A program made the position numbers and the translations under genes. From Octopus vulgaris (lineage: Eukaryota), in the NCBI GenBank assembly GCA_951406725.2, contig OX597814.1, positions 209,250,001-209,314,000 of the forward strand: a stretch of DNA of 64,000 nt, in the 5' to 3' direction. Below the pieces are notes generated by a model that was given only the letters and a program-made list of their open reading frames with translations, did no database searches and was not told the DNA's origin. This document shows positions 53,398 to 64,000 of this stretch, piece after piece; the stretch's first letter is position 1, and each line of letters opens with the position of its first letter.

Positions 53398-53800
53398 GGT
53401 TTTAAATTTTGGCACAAGGGCCAATAGTTTCAGAAGAGGGAGTAAGTCGATGAAATCCACCCCAGTGCTCAACTGATACTTATTTTAGCGACCCCGAAAG
53501 GATAAAAGACAGAGTCGAACTCGGTGGAATTTGAATCTAGAACGTAAAGACAGACGAAATGCCGCTAAGTATGTAGCCCTGTGCGGTGACGATTTTGCTC
53601 GCTTGTCGCTTTACAATCGCGCTGAAATATTAAAAGTAGAGTTTAAAGCAGCGAGCTGGCATAATCATTAAGTACGCCGCGCAAAAAGAACGTCCTAAAT
53701 TCAAATCCATCGAGATCGACTTTGCCTTTTATCCTTTAGCTGTCGTTAAAATAAGTATTATATTCCTCCTCCGAAGTTGTTGGCTTTGTGCCAAAATTAC
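53398..53800. mobile_element. Two SINE family C copies head to head (53398-53614 minus, ~53645-53800 plus)
   Basis: The minus copy is bounded by a 17-bp imperfect TSD aatcgcgct(at/ga)aatatt at 53381 and 53615. Confidence 0.8.
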
Positions 53801-53819
53801 CTTTAATACCTTTTTTTTA

Positions 53820-54280
53820 TATATACAGATTTACATAGACCCACACATGTTTCAACTCCATCGATTAGTAACCGTTGGAATTGCAACCCTACTATAATAC
53901 CGGTGCACTTACTTCAGGGTCTTTACTTTAATATTCTTTGATTTAACTGTTTAAAGTTTTTCGTTTATCAACTCTGCACCGTATGATGTAGTGTTATTTG
54001 TTAATTTAGACGCGAACTATCTTCGATTGGATAATCAAAAGTTTAATGCTTATTGTCTAAATGTTTAATATTCATATATACTGAGCAAATATGAATGTTC
54101 TCATTGTCAAGTATCTTAAAACTTGTTCTTGTCTAGAATTTATTATATTACCCTTAGATATAAAAATATGGTAAAATTCTTCTAAACATAGGTCACATTT
54201 ATTAGTTCCACTTCTGTATGGTTTTACAATACTAATCAATTCCCAATTCATTGTATAGTCTTTGTTTTTGTCTTTAATAG
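53820..54280 (-). mobile_element. Penelope-like element 3' remnant: GIY-YIG C-terminus plus pLTR with decayed HHR
   Basis: [32 protein letters not shown]...INSRQE (54072-54280); ~150 nt downstream, agacc-CTGAAGT...GAAA-CATGTG-TG-ggtct (53837-53922). Confidence 0.78.
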
Positions 54281-54317
54281 ACCACACACACACACACATA
54301 TATGTATGTGTATATGT

Positions 54318-54352
<35 letters not shown>

Positions 54353-54353
54353 C

Positions 54354-54424
<71 letters not shown>

Positions 54425-54960
54425 TACATATACATATGTATATGTATGTATATATAAATATATAGTTTAGCACAATCCGTAAGTTGTGATAATAGGAATC
54501 AAAGTTTCAAATGCTGAAGCTAAGTGATACGATGCGTTCCCATCGGCTATTATAACAATAGACGTATAAAAAACCGTTGAATAAAAGAGAATTTACTCTA
54601 ATAGGTAGGAAAAAATATAAAAGATAAAAATACACGCCATCATATTCTCGCAATACATAGACATAAAAACCACCTGCGTTCATAACGTCAACATAGTTAC
54701 ACACTCACATAAACATGTATATGTATATGTCCATGCACACACAAACATACAAACACTTACGCACTCATGCATATATCCACACGCTCACACACATATATGT
54801 ATGTATGTATATATATATATATATAGAAAATAGTAAAAAGTGAAAAAACTACAGAAGGCTTGTTTTAGAAGGTTAAAAAATATATATTTGAGTCATTATG
54901 TCTGAAGAATGTTATAATTTTTTTTTTTTTTTTCATAAAATGACATAGTTTTGAAGAACA

Positions 54961-55175
54961 AAAGAAAAATTCTAATGTCAAATATGCCGAAAAAAAGACA
55001 AAAATTGTCAATAACAATTATAATTTATGCGTCTCGAAACAAAGCGATAGAAATTTCTAAAAATAACGTTATTTTTTAGAAATTTCTATCGGTTTGTTTC
55101 GAGACGCATAAATTATAATGGTTATTGACAATTCTTGTCATTTTTTCGGCATATTTGGCATTAAAATTTTTCTTT
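54961..55175. repeat. Spacer-less palindrome (~107-bp arms)
   Basis: Centre aaataac|gttattt at 55067/55068; ataatttatgcgtctcgaaacaaa / tttgtttcgagacgcataaattat. Confidence 0.95.
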
Positions 55176-55276
55176 GGCCCTTATCTTGTAAAATATTTAT
55201 AAATATAACTTTTACAGGTATTTTTTGATATGCTGGCCATTGATAAAATTTTTTTCCCGAAATAAATTTCATCCTA

Positions 55277-55333
<57 letters not shown>

Positions 55334-55430
55334 GTTTAAATATTTGTTGTGCAAGATTTTTTATACGTATATATGCACGCAACTTCATCCTCATATGCAC
55401 ATAGGTGTATGCATAAATATATACATATAA

Positions 55431-56550
55431 ACCACCGCCTATTACTTGTCAAGCTTCAAGCATATAGTTTCCATCCGGATATTGTACGATGGGTTGGTGC
55501 CTTCCTCTCAGATCGCTCCTTCCAAGTCCAAGTTAATGGTTCGCGGTCCGAAGTCTCCAGTGCGAGCAGTGGCGTGCCTCAAGGTTCAGTGCTTGGGCCC
55601 TTATTGTTCTTAGTCTTCATAAATGACTTGCCCGACGACCTCACGCAACACACCCTTCTATTTGCCGACGATGTCAAACTGGTCGCTCCTCGCGGTGATA
55701 TAGAGGATCTTCGTCGATGCCTCCACCAAATTTGGAGATAGTCTAACGAATGGGACCTGTGTCTGAACGTGTCAAAGTGCTGTCATCTGCCTGTTGGCTC
55801 TCCTCCTGCAACTCAACTTGATTTCAAGCCGGGTCGTCTGCTGCTGGAGAGGACCGATCAGGTAAAGGACCTGGGTATCTTGGTGGATTCCTCCTTTTTG
55901 CCTTCGGCCCTGTGCGTCCATGCTGCCAACAAAGCACGCGGAGTTCTGTTCTTGATTCGACGGTCATTCGGAATGCTCACAGCAGCCATATTCCTACCGC
56001 TCTATGTCACGTTGGTGAGACCCATATTGGAGTACGGGATTCAAGCCTCTTCTCCTTATCTCCTCAAAGACATACAGCATCTCGAAAGAGTCCAGAAGCT
56101 GGCTACCCGCATGGTTCTTGGTCTCAAGAATTTGTCTTATGAAGAAAGGCTGAAGACGCTCGACCTTTATTCTCTAGAAAAACGACGACGCCGTGATCTC
56201 ATTCTTGCTCACAACATCATAAGCGGAAAGTGTAACCTCTCGAAAGAGCTGTTCTTCACTCCTGCTCCAGAGCGTCGGCTGCGGGGTCATTCCGTAAAGC
56301 TCTATCTGCGACGATTTCATCTCAATCAAAGGAGAGGGGCTTTCTCCGTCCGGGTTGCGGATCCGTGGAATAAGCTGCAGGACGAAATGGTGAAGATGCC
56401 GACAACCGCTCGGTTCAAAGTCTCCCTTGACCACAAGTGGCCTGAATTCTTTACATGAACACCACCCTGTACATAACTCCATGTCCCCCTACATGGCCTT
56501 GGTTTTTGCTTTTTGAGCCCAAAAATTAACTAACTAACTTAACTAACTAA
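55431..56550 (+). mobile_element. 5'-truncated CR1-like LINE (RT C-terminal half, short 3' UTR, (TAAC)n tail)
   Basis: SGVPQGSVLGPLLFLVFINDL, LFADDVKL, KDLGILVD, LVRPILEYG, LERVQKLATR, YEERLKTLDLYSLEKRR; one in-frame stop; TSD catataa at 55424-55430 and 56551-56557. Confidence 0.95.
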
Positions 56551-57324
56551 CATATAATATATATAGCGGCGTCCGTACCCTCGTTGGCCTTATGTAAGTA
56601 TATATGTATATATATATATAACTAATGTAGGATAAATTTTTTTTCGGGAAAAAAATCCAGACTACATTTGTTTTCTAGCTAGCGGAACCTTGGAAGTAAT
56701 AACTATTCAATGAGGGGTACTCCGTTAGCTTCTCATGAAGGCAAAGATACTTTAGTCAGCTTATCAAACTTAGATATGGATAAAATTTACAACTTTTACC
56801 GTCAATAAACCACTATTTTTTCCTGAAAGTTGCTTTTCTATACCTTCTACGGACTGTATGAAGCTTAATAACTTCCTTCACTTGGATCCTTGGATCTTGC
56901 TTTTACAAACAATTATATATATATATATATATATATGTCTATATTCGTGTATGTGTGTGCGTATCCGTGTGAATATGTGTTCGTTTGTGTTTGTGTGTGA
57001 GTCTGCTAATAAAAATATGCAATTTTCCATGCACATATAGCGATAGATACGTAGACATACACATATATAAATACATATACAGGTATACTTCAACTTTCAT
57101 CGTTTTAAGTTAAGTCCTTTCCAACTTTAGTAGTTTTTATAAAGAAACTAATGGAACCTCCCACTCAATTTCAGTCCATTTATCCGACTTTACTTCGGTC
57201 TCAGTCAACATATTTAAAAGCATAAGACTTGTAAAAATAAAAAAAACCCCATAAAATGTCAACGTTGAAGTGGAAAACCAAATGCATGTAAAAATATATA
57301 GAAACTATTTAACACAGATATGGC

Positions 57325-57822
57325 CTTTTATCTGTTTTAGTTATTAGACTGCGGCCATGCTGGGGCATCGTCTCGAGTTTTTAGTTGAATGAATCGACCC
57401 CAGGACTTATTTTCTAGAGCCTGATACTTATTCTATCGGTCACATTTGTCAAACTGCTAAGTTACTAGGACGTAAACACACCAAAAACAGGCTGTCAAGT
57501 GCTAGTGGAGGACAGACACACACACAAATACACACACACAAGCACACGCACGCACACACACACATATATATATATATATATACATACAAACATACATACA
57601 TGCATACATACATGCATATATATACATATATATATATACACACACACACACACATATATACAATAGACTTCTTTCAGTTATCTTCTACCAATTCACTCGG
57701 AAGGCTTTAGTCAGCCCATGGCTATAGTAGAAGACACTTGCCCAAGGTACCACGCAGTGGGACTGAACCCGAAACCATGTGGTTAGGAAGCATGCTTCTT
57801 ACCACAAAGCCACGCCTGCGTC
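57325..57822 (-). mobile_element. Older SINE family B copy with expanded internal microsatellite
   Basis: Matches the family B head and tail, with ~150 bp of (CA)/(TA) inside. Confidence 0.8.
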
Positions 57823-57899
57823 TAGATAATAAATTTTTGGAAATGTATTTTTTCTTGTTAAGTTGTTTTCAAGTTACGTTATAACAATGAATGAAGGAA

Positions 57900-58100
57900 A
57901 GAGTTTGTATACAGTACTTAGGTGCACTACAATTAAAAAAAAAGACCATCAGGTGTACTGTTTGGGAATTTCAAGAAGCACAGAGACTTTGAAGGATGTA
58001 GTGTTTCGACAGCTAACAACTGATGCGGGTAGTTTATTCCATGCTTCAGCAATTCTGAGCGTGAAAAATTGTTTCCGAAAGTCATGGGTGTTGTGTTGAA
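57900..58100 (-). mobile_element. 3' end of a second CR1-like LINE family
   Basis: Minus strand: DFRKQFFTLRIAEAWNKLPASVVSCRNTTSFK (FF..R....WN.LP motif). Confidence 0.75.
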
Positions 58101-58550
58101 TGTCTCGGAATCAGTTACCGACGTAAGTTGAGGTATGCTTGTTTTTATATACGTAAATATTCTCACACTCTCACAAACACACAAGTACACACTCACACTC
58201 ATGTGGTCCTATATCAATGGTTAAGCTTTAACGCCGATGAATCGCATCATGATACTGTGACTGATTGGCAAAACGTTTAGTTCCGTGTTCTAGACTCGTA
58301 GTTCTGATACAGCTCAGTTCACTGAGCTGTAATTTGGTGCCATAGTCCAGCATAGCACAGTCTAACACTACCATAGACACTGTTGCGACCGCTGACGGGG
58401 GTTATCTCTAGAGCCATGTCATATTTTCTGTAGTGATTATTTTGCAATTACTGTCGTTATTTTCGTGGCTGTTCATTATTGTGATTTTTGTAGTGGTCAT
58501 TGTTGTGTTTGCTGTTGTGACTATTAATGTAATAACTATGATGATCACTA

Positions 58551-58915
58551 GTGGAGGCGCAATGGCCCAGTGGTTAGGGCAGCGGACTCGCGGTCGGAGG
58601 ATCGCGGTTTCGATTCCCAGACCGGGCGTTGTTTATTGAGCGAAAACACCTAAAGCTCCACGAGGCTCCGGCAGGGGATGGTGGTGAACCCTGCTGTACT
58701 CTTTCACCACAACTTTCTCTCACTCTTACTTCCTGTTTCTGTTGTACCTGTATTTCAAAGGGTCAGCCTTGTCACACTCTGTGTCACGCTGAATATCCCC
58801 GAGAGGGGATACGTGTCTGTGGAGTGCTCAGCCACTTACACGTTAATTTCACGAGCAAGCTGTTCCGTTGATCGTATCAGCTGGGACCCTCATCGTCGCA
58901 ACCGACGGAGTGCTC
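58551..58915 (+). mobile_element. tRNA-derived SINE family A, full length
   Basis: A box TGGCCCAGTGG, B box GGTTTCGATTCC; 14-bp TSD ctatgatgatcact at 58536-58549 and 58916-58929. Confidence 0.93.
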
Positions 58916-59342
58916 CTATGATGATCACTGAAATTGTCGTAGTTGTCATCGTGGTGGTCATGGCCGTGGTAGCGGTGTCGTCGTGGTCGTCGTGGTTATG
59001 ATCGCGGTAGTGATCTCGCCGTCGTCGTCTTGGCTGTCATTATCAGTATTCCCTTTTATTTCACAGTTCATTATGTGTTAAAATGTGCATTTAATCTGCC
59101 GTCTTTGATGTGAAAACTTAAAACAATGCATAAGTTAATGTAAACATTCATGATAACACACCTGCGCACGCGCACACACACAAGCATCAGCAAGTAGGCA
59201 AACAAACAAGTAAACACAAACAAACAAACACACACCGCATAAACAAATACAACTAACCCCTCCACCACCACACACACACACACACCACAAAACGAACGCA
59301 TTACATACTGAAACAATACAAATAGATAGTTAACTATTCAAA

Positions 59343-59395
59343 TACACACACACACACACACACACACATACACACACACACACACACACATACAC

Positions 59396-59428
<33 letters not shown>

Positions 59429-59432
59429 TACA

Positions 59433-59503
<71 letters not shown>

Positions 59504-59683
59504 ATACACACACACATACACACACACATACACACATATACACACATATACACACACATACACATACACACACACACATACACACACACATACACACACA
59601 CATACACACACCCACATACACACACATACATACACATACACACACACATACACACACACATACACACACACATACACACACAT

Positions 59684-59756
<73 letters not shown>
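59343..59756. repeat. (CA)n/(CATA)n compound microsatellite
   Basis: Direct inspection. Confidence 0.95.
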
Positions 59757-59758
<2 letters not shown>

Positions 59759-61324
59759 TACTGACGGACACAATGCAACAAACCAGTAAATACTTAAGGA
59801 AGCATGCGAACAAACCAAACGTAGAAACGAAGAAAACAAATACTCTTCAGAAATAAACAAAATTAATCAAATTCGTCGAACAATAACATTTTTAATTTGA
59901 CATTCAAACTAATGCTTTTAAAGTTAATGGTATTTACAAGATTTCTTTGGAAAGTTTTAGGCTGAACTTACCATTCAGGTGCGGCAACGGTGAATCTTGA
60001 AATAAAATTCTTGTGGTTCTATTTAACTTTTGTTCACATAATCTTCTTACTTATATTCCTTTCTTACCTTTCTTCCTTCGTTTTGCTTCTTTGTTCCGAA
60101 AGATATTTTATTAAAATTATTATTAAATATGTGTTTATTATAAATCAATGATCAAAAATTAGAAAATGTTTGTTTATTTTATAGAATTAGAAGAATTGCG
60201 TGATGTTTCGCAGATGATCGGTGAAAGTTTCCCAAATGTTTATATATATATATATCTAAAATGTAAATAGATTTGCATAAAAAAAAATAGTCGTATCATA
60301 TCTAGAGTTAAGTGCTAAGCTATTATATTCACCATTGTCGAGATGTCACTACTACACCAGCTGCTGCTGAAGCTGAGGATGATAATGATGAAGGCGATGA
60401 CAGTAACGAGAATAATGATTGGTGATGATGATAGTCTTATCTATCATGATCTTGATGGTGACCACAATCATCTACATCATTAGTTTTGTTATTTGTATAA
60501 CAATATGTTTTGATCAGTGAGAAATGAAAATAAGGTTGTTTTCCTCATCGTGTCTAGAAAAAAATACAATCAGAAAACAACGTTTCCATTACATTACATT
60601 CTGGTTCTGAACAATGCTGGTTTCTGTATTGTGTTGATACTCTTAATTGTTTGGGAGAAATCTTCCTTTGGACTGCACACAGCGCTTCAAATAACAACAC
60701 GTATAAAACCCTCTTTCTCTAAAACGCTAAAACCACTCCTTGAATGGTCAATTCTGACTACTCATTAATTTTCCCAAATAACTGATAGTGAATATCATGG
60801 TCCTCAAGTAGATCAATATCGATTTTATGACATTCGCTTATTTTTTTGTTGTTGTTGACTTATCTTTTGATTTGTTCTCGTTATGATACGGTCCATTCAA
60901 ATATCTGTATATTTTGACGAACTCTCAATATTTTTGCTCACTTGTCTTCCAAAATCTACATAGTTTTTTTTCTGTAACGCCGGCATAACAATGAAATCTA
61001 TTCTCTTAGCATAAATCCCAATGAAAATTGGAGCAAATTTTAAGGTGTTGCTTATAATCCTTCACGATTTACACATAGTCGCCTTTATGTAGGTAACATT
61101 TTCTGTCATTTCTTCACAAAGTCAATAAATGTAAACCCTTTAAACAGTAAATATACATTCCAATAAGATTTGTATTTATATGTATTTTTGTATTTAGCAA
61201 AATCAACAAATTTTCTTGTATATTTTAATATAGCCTTGGTATAATTGTTTCAAAATTTGATTAAATAAAAGCTAATGTTTTATAAGTACCTTGTAACTGC
61301 AGAGGATGAGATAAGTTCCGTAAA

Positions 61325-61592
61325 TTATTTTGCTAGGATTCAATTCACTCGATAATCTCTACCCCTCTAATGTCAAGTCAACTCTACTTTGGCTTGGCAC
61401 AAAGAACCTACATAATAATAAAAAAAGAGAAGAAAATACGAAGTGTAAGTGTAGAAGTTTTTCAGGATCTTTTGATGCGTGAACGGAATAGCTTTGATTG
61501 TAAATTAAAATCGCGAGGCGTTACTTTTTGCTCCACCGCGCCTCCAAATTATATTTCCAGATAACCGAGTGAATTGAATCCTAGCTAAATAA
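61325..61592. mobile_element. Small MITE-like element with 34-bp inverted ends
   Basis: ttattttgctaggattcaattcactcgataatct / agataaccgagtgaattgaatcctagctaaataa (3 mismatches). Confidence 0.6.
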
Positions 61593-62751
61593 GATGCAAT
61601 ATCTTAGGGTGATCGAGAATCGAAAGATGTGTCTTTCATGATGTTTTTTTCAAGGACATGAGTTACCTAAGTTGAGTGCTATGGCTTTAATTGAAAATAA
61701 AACTTGAGACGCATTATTGTTTTGCTGAGAGCTTAGCTCTTACAGACTTTATTTCGTTTGACATACAAACAAATACAAAAAGTAAAGTCGGTTGACTCAA
61801 CAACAGAATATTAATGGTATTTTATTGATCCTAAACGAATTTACATTGACTCAATCTGAAATGTTGAATGAAGATTTCAAGAAACTTACTAGAAGATTTC
61901 AAAGAAATATTGAAAGAGTAAAGAACATAATGTAAGGCATTTATTATTGCACTTTGCCATTTCCTTCTCTGCCCTTTCACGTGTCCAACTTATCTCGAGC
62001 GAAAGAATAACATCTGAAGCCACATCAGTTATTGCTCTTTCCGTAGTGTTGAATTTTAATAAAAATTTTACAACGATTACTTTAAAAGTCTTGGTTATTT
62101 TCTTGATGATAAAATGCTTTTCATGGAGGAGTTGGGGTAGTCAGAACTACCAAGAAAAAGAAATGTTTCAACAGTAAGAGCGAAAATTCTATCTACTCTA
62201 TCTACACAATATCATGGAAAATTGCTTAATACAAAAAGAATAATATATTATCTCCATTATCATACTTTTCGAAGAAGCTAGTGGTTCGTGCTTGACATAC
62301 ATCCCTGGCGGCATTTATGAAGCTCATAGTAGGTACCGCGGGTTATATTTAAAGAAATTCTCTACGCTGTCGCTCAACCTGCTAAAATTAGCGGCCAAAC
62401 CTCCCTAAAATCCCATCCTACCGTCTAAAGTAAAAATGGGAAAATGGAAGAGCACATTGGATTATGTATTCCTTTTCACCCTAGTCTGAAAGTAAAATAT
62501 GAGATGAGTACGACTAGGACAGTTTTGATCGAACAACAGCGATAAACAACAGCAAAATAGTCACGTAGAAAAATCACGTGTTTCGTCGTCCGGTTCTTTG
62601 AGTTCAAGTACTCTTGAAATCCTGGAGAAGTCAATGGGGCACCCATCGCAGTATATTCTTTGTTTTAATCACTACGGGTCTCATTGACACAAACACGGCA
62701 TTAGATTAACAACCACTGCTGTTAAGCTCAAAATTTTCAAGTTTCTGCATG

Positions 62752-62783
62752 CAACAACAGCAACAACAACAACAACAACAACA

Positions 62784-62855
<72 letters not shown>

Positions 62856-62865
62856 GCTGCTGCTG

Positions 62866-62896
<31 letters not shown>
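62752..62896. repeat. (CAA)n(CTA)n(CTG)n compound repeat
   Basis: Direct inspection. Confidence 0.95.
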
Positions 62897-62897
<1 letters not shown>

Positions 62898-63239
62898 TTG
62901 ATAAGAAAATCAATAACGATAACAGCATTCAATGTAACAGTACCCACAATAACAACATATGTTAACGTCTCAGTTTACATTTACAAACAAGTTAGATAGC
63001 TTTAGTGTAAAAACAAACAAACTATAAAGAGACTCACACAATGTTATCTTTATTTTAGCGAGAAACTTTCAACTACCTTCGAGGCAGCCAGCGTAGATCT
63101 TGAAAAGGAAGCTATTCAATCTGAAGTAATTTCGTTTGATAATATTTGTGTAATCTCGCACCACCAACCAGAACACTATTCCATATAGAATAAATTCAAT
63201 TTAATGAGTAGTTAATGGAAATGTCAACTAGAGCATTAA

Positions 63240-63470
63240 TATTGATTTCTGAAATTGGTACAAGGGTAACAGAATTTGCAGGAGTGAACAGTCGATGGAA
63301 GAAATCGACCCTTTGTCTATTATTTGTATTTAAAATTGTGTTCCCTTTGAAGAATTACAAGCAAAGTCGACACTCGCCAGCAGAATTTGAATTCAGGATG
63401 TATAGGGATGTTTCTAAATACTGTAATACTACAAGACCTTTTGAACGGTGTTCAATCGATTGTACCATTC
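63240..63470 (-). mobile_element. Degenerate SINE family C
   Basis: gcaaagtcgacactcgccagcagaatttgaattcagga matches family C. Confidence 0.55.
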
Positions 63471-63890
63471 ACTAATTTTAACTTGACTGTATTATATATA
63501 GTTGGTCAGAGTGTCCTGACAATCTTATAGAATGGACAACATATTCTAGATTTATATCAATCATAATTCAAATAGTGTTGTTCAGTTGCTTAAGAGAAGA
63601 AAAACGTCAACTAAAGTCTGCTCTCAGTGCCTCGAAAAAAATCTATCTATATTTAATATTTGAAATGAATCTCGTTTATACAGGACAATAAGTAAATAAG
63701 TATGGACTTAGATAATCTGCTTTGAGCAACTCTATAGACTTTAAAGAGACAGTTTGACATCAGAAATATGAAAACAGGAAGTCACCATATCTATATAAGT
63801 CTGCAATGTATATGTATGCATAAATACATATGTATGCGTGTGCTTGTGTATATGTTTAAATATAAGTCAACATACACACACACATACACA

Positions 63891-63929
<39 letters not shown>

Positions 63930-64000
63930 ACACACAACGTGAAAGTATGTTGTACTAGGAAGACAAACTTAGTTCAATCAGTTCATTCATACACACTGTA

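Noticed and set aside
56725-56865. Possible very decayed HHR (gctt-CTCATGA-agg...cctt...gta-tgaagc)
   Set aside because: Both core segments are altered and GAAA is missing, so it cannot be supported.
58551-58630. tRNA-like sequence (also at 2690-2760 and 48990-49064)
   Set aside because: These are SINE heads: no proper acceptor stem, and they continue into a shared body with TSDs.

Overview
AT-rich, microsatellite-saturated eukaryotic non-coding DNA. The repeat landscape suggests an octopod cephalopod genome, which is an inference. I found no intact host gene; nearly all ORFs in the track are translations of simple repeats. The window is a patchwork of decayed mobile elements: R4/Dong-like, CR1-like, Tx1/L1-like and RTE-like LINE fragments, about four tRNA-headed SINE families (several with clear target-site duplications, TSDs), mariner remnants/MITEs and a non-autonomous Helitron. 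The main signal is about 11 minimal type I hammerhead-ribozyme (HHR) motifs in five sequence-distinct families, most with a palindromic stem III. Two lie just downstream of Penelope-like GIY-YIG endonuclease remnants. Several sit in head-to-head fold-back elements next to (TA)n/(CA)n tracts. This is consistent with a diverse Penelope-derived, ribozyme-bearing (retrozyme-like) retroelement system. All calls were made by eye, and boundaries are approximate unless a TSD is given.
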